A DNA stretch of 64,000 bases, taken from the NCBI GenBank assembly GCA_965221125.1, contig CBDCRW010000006.1, forward strand, positions 256,001-320,000, in the 5' to 3' direction. Source of the stretch: Alphaproteobacteria bacterium (GTDB lineage Bacteria > Pseudomonadota > Alphaproteobacteria > UBA828). The notes under the pieces were generated by a model. It searched no databases. It saw only the letters and a list, made by a program, of their open reading frames with translations, and had not been told where the DNA came from. This document shows, piece after piece, positions 23,942 to 32,733 of this stretch. Position numbers and translations under genes: made by a program. Position 1 is the stretch's first letter, and every line of letters starts with the position of its first letter.

Positions 23942-25312
23942 ATGAAAATGTCATTGAGGAACGGATTGCGCCGCGGAATCAGCGGTGCGTTGGCCGCGGC
24001 GGTGGTCGCCGGCGGTCTCACAGCGGCAGCCACGACGACTCTCACGAGCGGTGAGGTGCAGGCGGCCGACGAGCAGTTCATTCCCTTGCTCGTCTACCGG
24101 ACCGGGCCATACGCGCCCAACGGCATCCCGGCCGCGAACGGCGCCCTCGACTATTACTCGCTGGTCAACGAGCGCGACGGCGGGATCAACGGCGTCAAGC
24201 TCGCCTTCGAGGAGTGCGAATACCGCTACGACACCAAGCTCGGCGTCGAGTGCTACGAGCGCCTCAAGAACCAGGGGCCCACCGGGGCGTCGATCGTCAT
24301 GCCCTTGTCCACCGGCGTGACCTATCAGCTCAATCCGAGGGCTCCGGTCGACAAGATTCCGGTGCACTCGATGGGTTACGGGCAGACGGCGGCATCGGAC
24401 GGGCGCGTGTTCCCGTGGACCTTCACCTTCCCCACCACGTACTGGAGCCAGGCTTCGGCCTTCATCAAGTTCGTGGGCGCCCAGGAAGGCGGCATGGACA
24501 ATCTGGCGGGCAAGACGATCGCGCTCGTCTACCACAACAGCCCCTACGGCAAGGAGCCGATCCAGACCCTTGAGGTGCTGGCCGAGAAGCTCGGCTACAC
24601 CCTGGAGCTGCTGCCGGTCGACCACCCGGGGCAGGAGCAGCGCGCGACCTGGCTGCAGATCCGCAAGATCAAGCCCGACTGGACCTTCATCTGGGGCTGG
24701 GGCGTGATGAACCAGGTGGCGCTCAAGGAGGCCGCGGCGATCGCCTATGACATGAACCGCCTGATCGGCGTTTGGTGGTCGGCGAGCGAATCCGACGTGG
24801 TGCCGGCAGGCGACGACGCCATCGGCTATCGCGGCGGCTCGTTCCACTCGCCGGGCGCGGGCTTCCCGCTCCACGACGAGATCCTGCAAACCCTCTACGG
24901 CGGCGACGCGGCGGCTGCGGCGGAGAAGAACTTCGGCGAGGTCCTCTACAACCGCGGACTGCTCAGTTCCGTCTACACGACCGAGGCGATCCGCACCGCC
25001 CAGGCGAAGTTCGGCAACCGGCCGCTCACCGGCGAAGAGGTGCGCTGGGGCCTGGAGAACCTCGATCTGACGGAGGAGCGGCTGGCCGAGCTCGGCCTCG
25101 CCGGCTTCACTCCGCCGGTGAAGATCACCTGCGAGGACCATGAGGGCAACGGCCCCGTCATCATCCAGCAGTGGGACGGCTCGGCCTGGAACATCGTCAG
25201 CGACTGGATCGAGCCCATGCAGGACGTCGTGCGTCCGATGATCGAGGCGGCTGCCGCCCAGTACGCGGAGGAGAACAACATCACTCCGCGCGACTGCTCG
25301 CAGGAAATGTGA
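23942..25312 (+). CDS. Branched-chain amino acid-type ABC substrate-binding protein
   Basis: Signal peptide, YRTGPYAPNG, NERDGGING, WGWGVMN; heads a liv-type operon. Confidence 0.9.
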   Translation: MKMSLRNGLRRGISGALAAAVVAGGLTAAATTTLTSGEVQAADEQFIPLLVYRTGPYAPNGIPAANGALDYYSLVNERDGGINGVKLAFEECEYRYDTKLGVECYERLKNQGPTGASIVMPLSTGVTYQLNPRAPVDKIPVHSMGYGQTAASDGRVFPWTFTFPTTYWSQASAFIKFVGAQEGGMDNLAGKTIALVYHNSPYGKEPIQTLEVLAEKLGYTLELLPVDHPGQEQRATWLQIRKIKPDWTFIWGWGVMNQVALKEAAAIAYDMNRLIGVWWSASESDVVPAGDDAIGYRGGSFHSPGAGFPLHDEILQTLYGGDAAAAAEKNFGEVLYNRGLLSSVYTTEAIRTAQAKFGNRPLTGEEVRWGLENLDLTEERLAELGLAGFTPPVKITCEDHEGNGPVIIQQWDGSAWNIVSDWIEPMQDVVRPMIEAAAAQYAEENNITPRDCSQEM

Positions 25313-26148
25313 GCGCAGCAGCCGAGAGTTTGGCCGGGGGCGGCGGTGACGCGACCGCCGCCGCCCCTGAGGCCCTGCTGCGTCTCGACGCGGTCGAGGT
25401 CGTCTACGACCACGTGATCTCGGTCCTGCGCGGCGTCTCCATCGAGGTCCCCGAAGGCGCGATCGTCGCCATTCTGGGGCCGAACGGCGCCGGCAAGACC
25501 ACCACGCTCAAGGCGGTCTCCAACCTGCTGCGCGTGGAGCGCGGCGACATCACCGGGGGCGCGATCCACTTCCGGGGCGAGCGCATCGACCGGCTCGCGC
25601 CGGGCGACCTCGTGCGGCGCGGCATCATCCAGGTCATGGAGGGGCGCCGCTGCTTCCCCCACCTCACGGTGCACGAGAACCTGCTGACCGGCTCCTACAC
25701 CCGGAATGACGGCAAGGCTGCGGTGCGCGCCGACCTGGAGCGGGTCTACGCACACTTCCCCGCGCTCTCCGAGCGCCGCCGCATCCTCGCGGGCTTCATC
25801 TCCGGCGGGGAGCAGCAGATGCTCGCCATCGGCCGGGCGCTGATGTCGCGGCCTGCCATGGTGCTGCTGGACGAGCCGTCCATGGGCCTCGCGCCGCAGG
25901 TGGTCGCCCGGATTTTCGACGAGGTCCGCCAGCTCAACCGGGAGGAGGGAGTCACGTTCCTGCTCGCCGAGCAGAACGCCAACATGGCGCTCGGCGTCGC
26001 CGGTTACGGCTACATCCTGGAAAGCGGCCAGGTCGTCCTCGAGGGCACGGCGGCGGAGCTCCACGGCAACCCGGCCGTGAGGGAGCACTATCTGGGTCTC
26101 TCCCACGCCGCGGCCGAGTCTGCGGCCGAAGGCGGCCATGCAGGCTGA
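25309..26148 (+). CDS. LivF-like ABC ATPase
   Basis: GPNGAGKTT, ISGGEQQM, LLDEPSMGLAP, EQNA. Confidence 0.9.
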   Translation: MSAAAESLAGGGGDATAAAPEALLRLDAVEVVYDHVISVLRGVSIEVPEGAIVAILGPNGAGKTTTLKAVSNLLRVERGDITGGAIHFRGERIDRLAPGDLVRRGIIQVMEGRRCFPHLTVHENLLTGSYTRNDGKAAVRADLERVYAHFPALSERRRILAGFISGGEQQMLAIGRALMSRPAMVLLDEPSMGLAPQVVARIFDEVRQLNREEGVTFLLAEQNANMALGVAGYGYILESGQVVLEGTAAELHGNPAVREHYLGLSHAAAESAAEGGHAG

Positions 26149-26953
26149 TCCGCAAGGCGGCCACCCGGCGCCGGGCGAGCCGATGCTCAGCGTCCAGGAC
26201 ATCGCGCTCCGCTTCGGCGGCGTGCAAGCCCTGGCAGGCGTCGAGTTCACCATCTATGCCGGCGAGATCTGCGCCATCATCGGGCCCAACGGCGCCGGCA
26301 AGACCTCCATGCTCAACGTGCTGAACGGCGCCTACCAGCCGACCGAGGGCACGATCACCTTCAAGGGGCGCACGCGGCGCAAGATGCACCCGCGCGTCGC
26401 CGCCCAGGAGGGCATGGCCCGCACCTTCCAGAACGTCGCGCTGTTCAAGGGCATGAGCACGCTCGACAACGTCATGGCCGGCCGCAACCTCAAGATGCAC
26501 AGCAACTTCGTCGCCTGCCTGCTGCCGGTGGGGCCGTCGCGGGCGGAGGAGGCGCGCCACCGCGCCGCCGCCGACGAGGTCATCAGCTTTCTCGAGATCG
26601 AGGATATCCGGAACGTGCCCGTGGGCCGCCTGCCCTACGGCCTGCAGAAGCGGGTGGAGCTCGCCCGCGCGCTCGCGGCCGAGCCCGACCTGCTGCTGCT
26701 CGACGAGCCGATGGCCGGCATGAACCGCGGCGAGAAGGCCGAGATGAGCCGCTTCATCCTCGAGACCAAGGCGCGCTTCGGCACGACCATGGCCCTGATC
26801 GAGCACGACATGAGCGTGGTCATGGAGCTCTCCGACCACATCGTGGTGCTCGACTACGGCCGCAAGATCGCCGACGGCACGCCCGAGGAGGTGCGCAACG
26901 ACCAGACCGTGATCGACGCCTATCTGGGCGTCGCGACCGAGGATGACGCGTGA
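26138..26953 (+). CDS. LivG-like ABC ATPase
   Basis: GPNGAGKTS, ARTFQN, LPYGLQKRVE, LLDEPMAG, IEHDM. Confidence 0.92.
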   Translation: MQADPQGGHPAPGEPMLSVQDIALRFGGVQALAGVEFTIYAGEICAIIGPNGAGKTSMLNVLNGAYQPTEGTITFKGRTRRKMHPRVAAQEGMARTFQNVALFKGMSTLDNVMAGRNLKMHSNFVACLLPVGPSRAEEARHRAAADEVISFLEIEDIRNVPVGRLPYGLQKRVELARALAAEPDLLLLDEPMAGMNRGEKAEMSRFILETKARFGTTMALIEHDMSVVMELSDHIVVLDYGRKIADGTPEEVRNDQTVIDAYLGVATEDDA

Positions 26954-27888
26954 TGGAGTTCCTCTGGGATTTCTTCGTCGCGCCCTTCCTCGACATGATC
27001 GAGTTTCCGATCTTCCTCGCCGAGGTCGCGGTCTCCGGCCTGCTCACCGGCGTGATGTACTCGCTGGTGGCGCTCGGCTTCGTGCTCATCTTCAAGGCAT
27101 CGCAAGTGTTCAACTTCGCCCAGGGCGCGATGGTGCTGTTCGCAGCGCTCACCCTGGTGGGGCTGATGGAGCACGGCGTGCCGATCTGGGGCGCGCTGCC
27201 GCTCACGGCGATCGTCATGGTGGCACTCGCCTTCGCGATCGAGCGCGGGATGCTGCGCCCGCTCATCAACCAGCCGCCGATCACGCTCTTCATGGCGACC
27301 ATCGGGCTGAGCTTCCTGCTCGAAGGCGCCGGCGAGTGGGTCTGGGGCTCCAACGTGAAGGCGCTAGACCTCGGCATCCCGAATTCGCCGGTCGACGTCG
27401 GCGGCATGCTGCTCAACGAGTTCGACCTCATCGCGGCCCTGGTGGCGGCGGTGCTCGTGGCGGCGCTGGCGTTGATCTTCCAGCACACGCCCATGGGCCG
27501 CGCGCTCCGCGCCGTCGCCGACGATCCGCAAGCCGCGCTCTCCCTCGGCATCTCGCTCAGGACCATCTGGATCATCGTCTGGTCGGTGGCGGGGATCGTC
27601 GCCATCGTCGCCGGCATCATGTGGGGCGCGAAGAGCGGCGTGCAGTTCAGCCTGTCGCTGATCGCGCTCAAGGCGCTGCCCGTGCTCATCCTGGGCGGGC
27701 TCACCTCGGTTCCCGGCGCCATCGTCGGCGGGCTCATCATCGGCCTCGGCGAGAAGGTGGCCGAGGTCTACTGGGGCCCGGTGATCGGCGGCGCGATCGA
27801 GAACTGGTTCGCCTACATGCTGGCCATGCTGGTCCTCATGTTCCGGCCCCAGGGCCTGTTCGGCGAGAAGATCATCGAGCGGGTGTGA
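26950..27888 (+). CDS. LivH-like ABC permease
   Basis: YSLVALGFVLIFK, NFAQG, GRALRAVADD, RPQGLFG. Confidence 0.92.
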   Translation: MMEFLWDFFVAPFLDMIEFPIFLAEVAVSGLLTGVMYSLVALGFVLIFKASQVFNFAQGAMVLFAALTLVGLMEHGVPIWGALPLTAIVMVALAFAIERGMLRPLINQPPITLFMATIGLSFLLEGAGEWVWGSNVKALDLGIPNSPVDVGGMLLNEFDLIAALVAAVLVAALALIFQHTPMGRALRAVADDPQAALSLGISLRTIWIIVWSVAGIVAIVAGIMWGAKSGVQFSLSLIALKALPVLILGGLTSVPGAIVGGLIIGLGEKVAEVYWGPVIGGAIENWFAYMLAMLVLMFRPQGLFGEKIIERV

Positions 27889-28940
27889 CCGTGCTCACCT
27901 ACCTCACCGACCTCTACGGCACCTTCTTCGCGACCCGCCCGCGCGCGATCAACACCGTCTTCGTGACCGTGATCGCGCTGCTCGCCCTCTTCGCGGTGCC
28001 GACGCTCGCCAACGAGTACTGGCTCCAGGCGATCCTGATTCCGTTCCTGATCTTCGCGCTCGCCGCGCTCGGCCTCAATCTGCTCACCGGCTTCGCCGGC
28101 CAGCTCTCGCTCGGCACCGGCGGCTTCATGGCGGTCGGCGCCTACGCCGCCTTCAAGATGACCACCGCGTGGCCCGGCATGGACATCATCGCCATCTTCT
28201 TCATCTCGGGCTTCTTCGCCGCCGGCGTCGGCATCCTGTTCGGGCTGCCGAGCCTGCGCATCAAGGGCTTCTACCTGGCGGTGGCGACGCTGGCCGCGCA
28301 GTTCTTCCTGATCTGGCTGTTCAACCGGGTGCCGTGGTTCTACAACGACAACCCGTCCGGCACGATCACGGCGCCGCCGCGCGAATTCGCGGGCGTCATG
28401 GTGACCGGGCCCGAAGCCACCGCCGAGGTGCGCTATCTGGTCGCGCTCGTCCTGTTGGCGGTCTTTGTCTTCTTCTCCTGGAATCTGATGCGGAGCCGCT
28501 TCGGCCGGGCCTGGATGGCCGTGCGCGACATGGACGTGGCGGCCGAGATCGTGGGCATCCCGTTGCTCCGCACCAAGCTGCTGGCCTTCGGCGTGAGCTC
28601 CTATCTCTGCGGCGTCGCCGGCGCGCTCTTCGTCTTCCTCTATCTCGGCAGCGCCGAGACCATCGCCTTCGACGTCAACGTCTCCTTCCTCGTGCTCTTC
28701 ATGATCATCGTGGGCGGCCTCGGCTCGATCGCCGGCTCCATCATCGGCGCCGCCTTCATCACCATCCTGCCGATCTTCCTCACCAACCTGAACCCGATCC
28801 TCGGCATCGATCTGGCCGTCGACATCGCCAAGCATATCGAGGTGATCATCTTCGGCGGCCTCATCATCGTGATCCTGATTCTCGAGCCGCACGGCATGGC
28901 GCGCCTCATCGCCATCACGCGCGAGCGCCTCCGCATCTAG
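27885..28940 (+). CDS. LivM-like ABC permease
   Basis: C-terminal part of ORF 26943..28940: LGLNLLTGFAGQLSLG, GFYLAVATLA, GRAWMAVRD, EPHG. Confidence 0.9.
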   Translation: MTVLTYLTDLYGTFFATRPRAINTVFVTVIALLALFAVPTLANEYWLQAILIPFLIFALAALGLNLLTGFAGQLSLGTGGFMAVGAYAAFKMTTAWPGMDIIAIFFISGFFAAGVGILFGLPSLRIKGFYLAVATLAAQFFLIWLFNRVPWFYNDNPSGTITAPPREFAGVMVTGPEATAEVRYLVALVLLAVFVFFSWNLMRSRFGRAWMAVRDMDVAAEIVGIPLLRTKLLAFGVSSYLCGVAGALFVFLYLGSAETIAFDVNVSFLVLFMIIVGGLGSIAGSIIGAAFITILPIFLTNLNPILGIDLAVDIAKHIEVIIFGGLIIVILILEPHGMARLIAITRERLRI

Positions 28941-29036
28941 CCCGCATTCGCACCGCGGTTGTGGTCTGCGCCCCGCCAGACAGCACCGCAATTCCGGGCC
29001 AGAGCCGCCCCGTTCTGCGCGGAAGGGCTTTAAAGC

Positions 29037-29111
29037 GGCATATTCCGGCATACGCCGGCACAAAGTGACACAAAGTGGCACAAGGTGGCACGAATCGAGC
29101 GGCACAAGGTG
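29037..29111 (+). repeat. 10-bp-period GGCA-N6 tandem repeat array, left part
   Basis: GGCA/GACA at 29037, 29047, 29057, 29067, 29077, 29087, then 29101. Confidence 0.85.
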
Positions 29112-31201
29112 CAGGGCTCGTTTTTTGTCCGCCCGGCGAGCGGCGTGAGGTGATCGCGGCGCTGGTCATTTCGTTTTCGCTGTGGCAGTGTAGCGGCCAT
29201 GGCGACGTTGCCGGGCCTGGATTCGTCCATTGATCTGCGTGCGGTCACGGTGCGCCCGACCTGGGGCGCGCGGGAGCACCGGCGCTGGGACCGGCTGGTG
29301 GAGGAGCACCACTACCTGCGATTCCACGGCGTCGTCGGCAAGGGGCTGCGCCATGTCGCGGTGCATGGCGAGACCTGGCTCGCCCTGATCGGCTGGCAGC
29401 CGGGCGCGTTCAAGCTGGCCGCGCGCGACCGCTGGATCGGCTGGTCGGCGGAGCAGCAGTTCCGGCGCCTGCATCTGATCGCGAACAACTCGCGCTTCGT
29501 GATCCTGACGCCTGAGCGGGTTCCCAACCTGGCCTCGCGGGTTCTGGGGCTGAGCCTGCGGCGGCTGTCTGCGGACACCCAGGCGGTGCATGGATACCCG
29601 GCGCTCCTGGCCGAGACCTTCGTCGATCCCGCGCGCTTCGCCGGCACCTGCTACCGCGCGTCGAACTGGCGCTCGCTGGGGATGACGCGCGGCTTTGCCC
29701 GTGACCCCGGAGCTGCTCCGCGCTGGCGCCACCACGGCCAGCCCAAGGAGGTCTTCGTGTTCGAACTTAGCGATGGCGCCGCCGAAGCGCTGAGCCGGGC
29801 CGAGATCCCGGCGAACTGGAACGCCGAGCAACACAGCGAGCCGATGACGGCGCCCCGGCTGCGCAGCCTGTTCGAGTGCCTGGGCGAGGTGCCCGAGTGC
29901 CGCCATGCCCGGGGCAAGCGCTATCCCTTGAAGACCGTGCTGGCGGTTGCCGTCGCCGCCCGCCTTGCCGGCTACCGGGGCTCGACAGCCTTCGCCCAGT
30001 TCGCCGCCCTGCTCTCGCAGGAGCAGCTCGAGGCGGTCGGCGCGTTCTGGAGCCCTTCGAAGAAGCGCTACACCGCGCCCGCGATCACCACCTTCCACAA
30101 CATCCTCGCCGCCCTGCCGCCGGAGACGCTGGACAACGCCATCGGCCGGTGGACCGGCCAGCACGACGGCGCGCACGCCCCGGTCGCCATGGACGGAAAG
30201 GACCTGCGCGGCGCCTCGAAGCAGACCGAAGACGGGCGGCGCATGATGGTCGCGGCGCTGGTGCACAAGACCGGCATGGTCCTGGGACAGGTCGAGGTCG
30301 ATAGAAAGAGCAACGAGATCCCCGCCGTGCGCGAACTCTCCAGCAGTCTCGACCTCGCAGGCCGGACCGTCACCCTCGATGCGATGCACGCCCAGCACGA
30401 GACCGCGCGCTGCCTGCTCGGGCGTCGCGCCGACTACGTGGTCACCGCGGTGAAGGACAATCAGGAGACCATCCTCGAAGACCTCAAGGCGATCGACTTC
30501 TCCGACGCGCCCTGGCACGAAACCGTCGACAAGGGCCATGGCCGCATCGAGCGCCGCCGCTGCGCCGTCGTCGACCTCTCCGCTGCCGAATGGGACGGCT
30601 ACGCCAACCTTCACGGACGCCGCCAGGCGATGCGCATCGAACGCGAGCGCGAGATCCTCAAGACCGGCGAGCGCAGCGTCGAGGTGACCTGGAGCCTGAC
30701 CTCGCTCGGCGCAGACCGCGCCGGGCCCGAGGAGCTTCTGGCTCTGGTCCGCAATCACTGGCACATCGAGAACCGGCTGCACTACGTGCGCGACTTCACC
30801 TATGACGAAGACCGCTGCCGGGCGTACGTGCGCCACCTGCCGCGCAATCTCTCCTGCCTGACCAACGCGGCCATCGCCATCGTGCGCTGCGACGGGCGCT
30901 TCCGCTTCCTGCCCGAGGCCAACCGGCATTATGCCGCCCGCGCCCAGGAGGCTCTCGACGCGATCCTGATCGCGCCCGCTGCATGATCCTGCGGGCGTAA
31001 CCGCGTCGCAGAGCGCGACGGGACGCGCCGTCGAACGGCGCGGCGGGATCGCTTTGCCCGGCGAGCCCGAAAACCGAGCCCTACCGGCCCCCGCGGACCC
31101 CATGCAGCCGCCCAGCCAAGCTCGGCCAGGACCTTCATCGGCCCAAGCCTGCCCGCTCTCGGTCATCCCGCCCTCTCAGCCATGACTAAAAAATGTTCCT
31201 G
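29112..31201 (+). mobile_element. ISAs1-family insertion sequence, 2090 bp
   Basis: IRL CAGGGCTCGTTTTTTGTC, IRR reverse complement CAGGAACATTTTTTAGTC (12/18); flanking direct repeat GCACAAGGTG at 29102-29111 and 31202-31211. Confidence 0.85.
29199..30986 (+). CDS. DUF4338 (DruA-like) domain fused to ISAs1-family DDE transposase
   Basis: N-term HHYL, RDRWIGW, IANNSRF, NLASRVL, ETFVD..RFAGTCYRASNW; C-term MDGKDLRG, KSNEIP, TLDAMHAQ, VKDNQ, GHGRIERR, RNHWHIENRLHYVRD...EDR. Confidence 0.92.
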   Translation: MATLPGLDSSIDLRAVTVRPTWGAREHRRWDRLVEEHHYLRFHGVVGKGLRHVAVHGETWLALIGWQPGAFKLAARDRWIGWSAEQQFRRLHLIANNSRFVILTPERVPNLASRVLGLSLRRLSADTQAVHGYPALLAETFVDPARFAGTCYRASNWRSLGMTRGFARDPGAAPRWRHHGQPKEVFVFELSDGAAEALSRAEIPANWNAEQHSEPMTAPRLRSLFECLGEVPECRHARGKRYPLKTVLAVAVAARLAGYRGSTAFAQFAALLSQEQLEAVGAFWSPSKKRYTAPAITTFHNILAALPPETLDNAIGRWTGQHDGAHAPVAMDGKDLRGASKQTEDGRRMMVAALVHKTGMVLGQVEVDRKSNEIPAVRELSSSLDLAGRTVTLDAMHAQHETARCLLGRRADYVVTAVKDNQETILEDLKAIDFSDAPWHETVDKGHGRIERRRCAVVDLSAAEWDGYANLHGRRQAMRIEREREILKTGERSVEVTWSLTSLGADRAGPEELLALVRNHWHIENRLHYVRDFTYDEDRCRAYVRHLPRNLSCLTNAAIAIVRCDGRFRFLPEANRHYAARAQEALDAILIAPAA

Positions 31202-31254
31202 GCACAAGGTGGCACAAAGTGGCACAAGATGGCACAAGGTGGCACAAGGTGGCT
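31201..31254 (+). repeat. 10-bp tandem repeat array, right part
   Basis: GGCACAAGGT GGCACAAAGT GGCACAAGAT GGCACAAGGT GGCACAAGGT GGCT. Confidence 0.9.
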
Positions 31255-31480
31255 CTTGGCGGCCCAAGCTGGCCCGTCCCGGCGGCGGCAGGAGCCCGCC
31301 GGCCGAGCGCCCGGCCGCGAGCCGGCCCCCCGGAGCCGCTCCGTGCCGACTTCCCCGAAAGGGCGATGGTCTGCGCGCTGCATCCGCAGAGCCTGCCCCC
31401 GCCCGCCCGCTCCGTGCACCACACCATGGTCCGGGGCCAGCCCGCATTTCTCACTTAGGTCATGGTCTGCGGGGTGCACG

Positions 31481-31504
31481 AAAAAGCCCCGGCTGTCCGG
31501 GGCT
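31481..31504 (-). terminator. Terminator downstream of tRNA-Met
   Basis: Minus strand AGCCCCGG-ACAG-CCGGGGCT followed by TTTT. Confidence 0.75.
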
Positions 31505-31550
31505 GACGCGGTGAGGGCAAGTCCGTCCGAAACTCTCCGGAACCTGCGTG

Positions 31551-31626
31551 TGGTAGCGGGGGAGGGACTCGAACCCCCGACCCATGGATTATGATTCCAC
31601 TGCTCTACCGACTGAGCTACCCCGCC
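31551..31626 (-). tRNA. tRNA-Met (CAT), elongator type, CCA encoded
   Basis: Reverse complement GGCGGGGTAGCTCAGTCGGTAGAGCAGTGGAATCATAATCCATGGGTCGGGGGTTCGAGTCCCTCCCCCGCTACCA. Confidence 0.95.
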
Positions 31627-31646
31627 CCAGGATCAGGAAGCGCACC

Positions 31647-31676
31647 GCTATACGCGGCGCCCTCGCCGCGTGTCAA
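31647..31676 (-). promoter_or_regulatory. Putative sigma70 promoter of tRNA-Met
   Basis: Minus strand TTGACA-N18-TATAGC. Confidence 0.55.
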
Positions 31677-31704
31677 GCGCGCCGCCGCAAAGACCGCGCA
31701 CGCC

Positions 31705-32733
31705 TCAGCGGAACGGCGGCGAATAGAGGATGCCGCCGTCGCGATAGAGGGCGCTGAGACCGCGCGGCAGGCCGAGGGCGCTGCCGGCGCCGAGGTGGCG
31801 GTCGAAGATCTCGGCGTAGTTGCCCTCCGCCGCGATGGCGCGGACCGCCCATCCGGGATCGAGGCCCAGCATCTCGGCGAGCGAGCCTTCGCTGCCGAGC
31901 ATGCGGTTGATCTCGGGATGATCGGTCCCCTGCGCCATCTCCATGACGTTCGCCTGGGTCACGCCTAGCTCCTCGGCCGAGATGAGCGCGTTCAGCACCC
32001 AGCGCGCGATATCGGCCCACTGGTCGTCGCCGTGCCGCACCAGCGGCCCGAGCGGCTCCTTCGAGATGATCTCCGGGTAGATCGCGTGCGCGCCCGGCTC
32101 GTCGAAGGTCGATTTCGTCGCCGCCAGGCCCGAGACATCGGTGGTGTAGACGTCGCAGCGCTCGGCTTCGTACGCCGCGCGCGCCTCGGCGTTGGTCTCG
32201 AGCGGCACCGGCTCGTAGGAGATGCCGTGGACGCGGAAGAAGTCCGCGAGATTGAGCTCGGTGGTGGTGCCGGTCTGGATGCAGATCGAGGCGCCGTCGA
32301 GCTCGGTGGCGCTTTCCACGCCGAGGTCGGTGCGGCCCAGAAAACCCTGGCCGTCGTAGTAGTTGATGCCGACGAAGGTGAAGCCGAGGTCGACGTCGCG
32401 CGAGAAGGTCCAGGTCGTGTTGCGCGAGAGGATGTCGACCTCGCCGGACGCCAGCGCCGGGAAGCGGGTCTTGCCCGTGAGCGTGACGAAGGAGACCTTC
32501 TCCGCGTCGCCCAGGACGGCGGCTGCGAGCGCGCGGCAATAGGCGGCCTCGAAGCCGGACCAGCGGCCCGTGTCGTCGGTGTGGGAAAAGCCGGGCAGGC
32601 CCGGATTGATGCCGCATCTGAGCCGGCCGTCGGCCCGCACGTCGTCGAGCGTTGCCGCCTGGGCCGGAAGCCCCGCCGCAATCGTCAGCGTGCCGGCCAC
32701 CGCGAAGGCGATGGCGAGTTTCATGAGGCTCAT
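31705..32733 (-). CDS. aapJ: General L-amino acid ABC substrate-binding protein (AapJ/BztA-like); no permease adjacent
   Basis: RFPALASGEVDILSRNTTWTFSRD, YDGQGF, IISKEPLGP, GNYAEIF, YSPPFR. Confidence 0.9.
   Translation of the reverse strand: MSLMKLAIAFAVAGTLTIAAGLPAQAATLDDVRADGRLRCGINPGLPGFSHTDDTGRWSGFEAAYCRALAAAVLGDAEKVSFVTLTGKTRFPALASGEVDILSRNTTWTFSRDVDLGFTFVGINYYDGQGFLGRTDLGVESATELDGASICIQTGTTTELNLADFFRVHGISYEPVPLETNAEARAAYEAERCDVYTTDVSGLAATKSTFDEPGAHAIYPEIISKEPLGPLVRHGDDQWADIARWVLNALISAEELGVTQANVMEMAQGTDHPEINRMLGSEGSLAEMLGLDPGWAVRAIAAEGNYAEIFDRHLGAGSALGLPRGLSALYRDGGILYSPPFR

Noticed and set aside
28920-28960. livM TAG as a TGG-to-TAG nonsense or read-through codon (homologues, from memory, end in LR.WPF)
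   Set aside because: Downstream codons read PAFAP rather than a clear conserved tail and only a few residues are affected; not supportable without alignment
31070-31083. AAAACCGAGCCCTA as the right end of the ISAs1 element
   Set aside because: It matches IRL but is not followed by the target duplication; the end at 31201 has terminal CCTG and the perfect 10-bp repeat
29037-31254. Decamer array as a CRISPR or guide-RNA array
   Set aside because: Period is only 10 bp, with no unique spacers and no cas-like gene
31163-31594. Short ORFs with CATLCHLVP / WHKVAQ repeats
   Set aside because: Translations of the 10-bp DNA repeat in several frames and on both strands; one crosses the IS end and none has a convincing RBS
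31551-31626. tRNA-Met as attachment site of an integrative island
   Set aside because: No integrase and no duplicated tRNA 3' end found in the window
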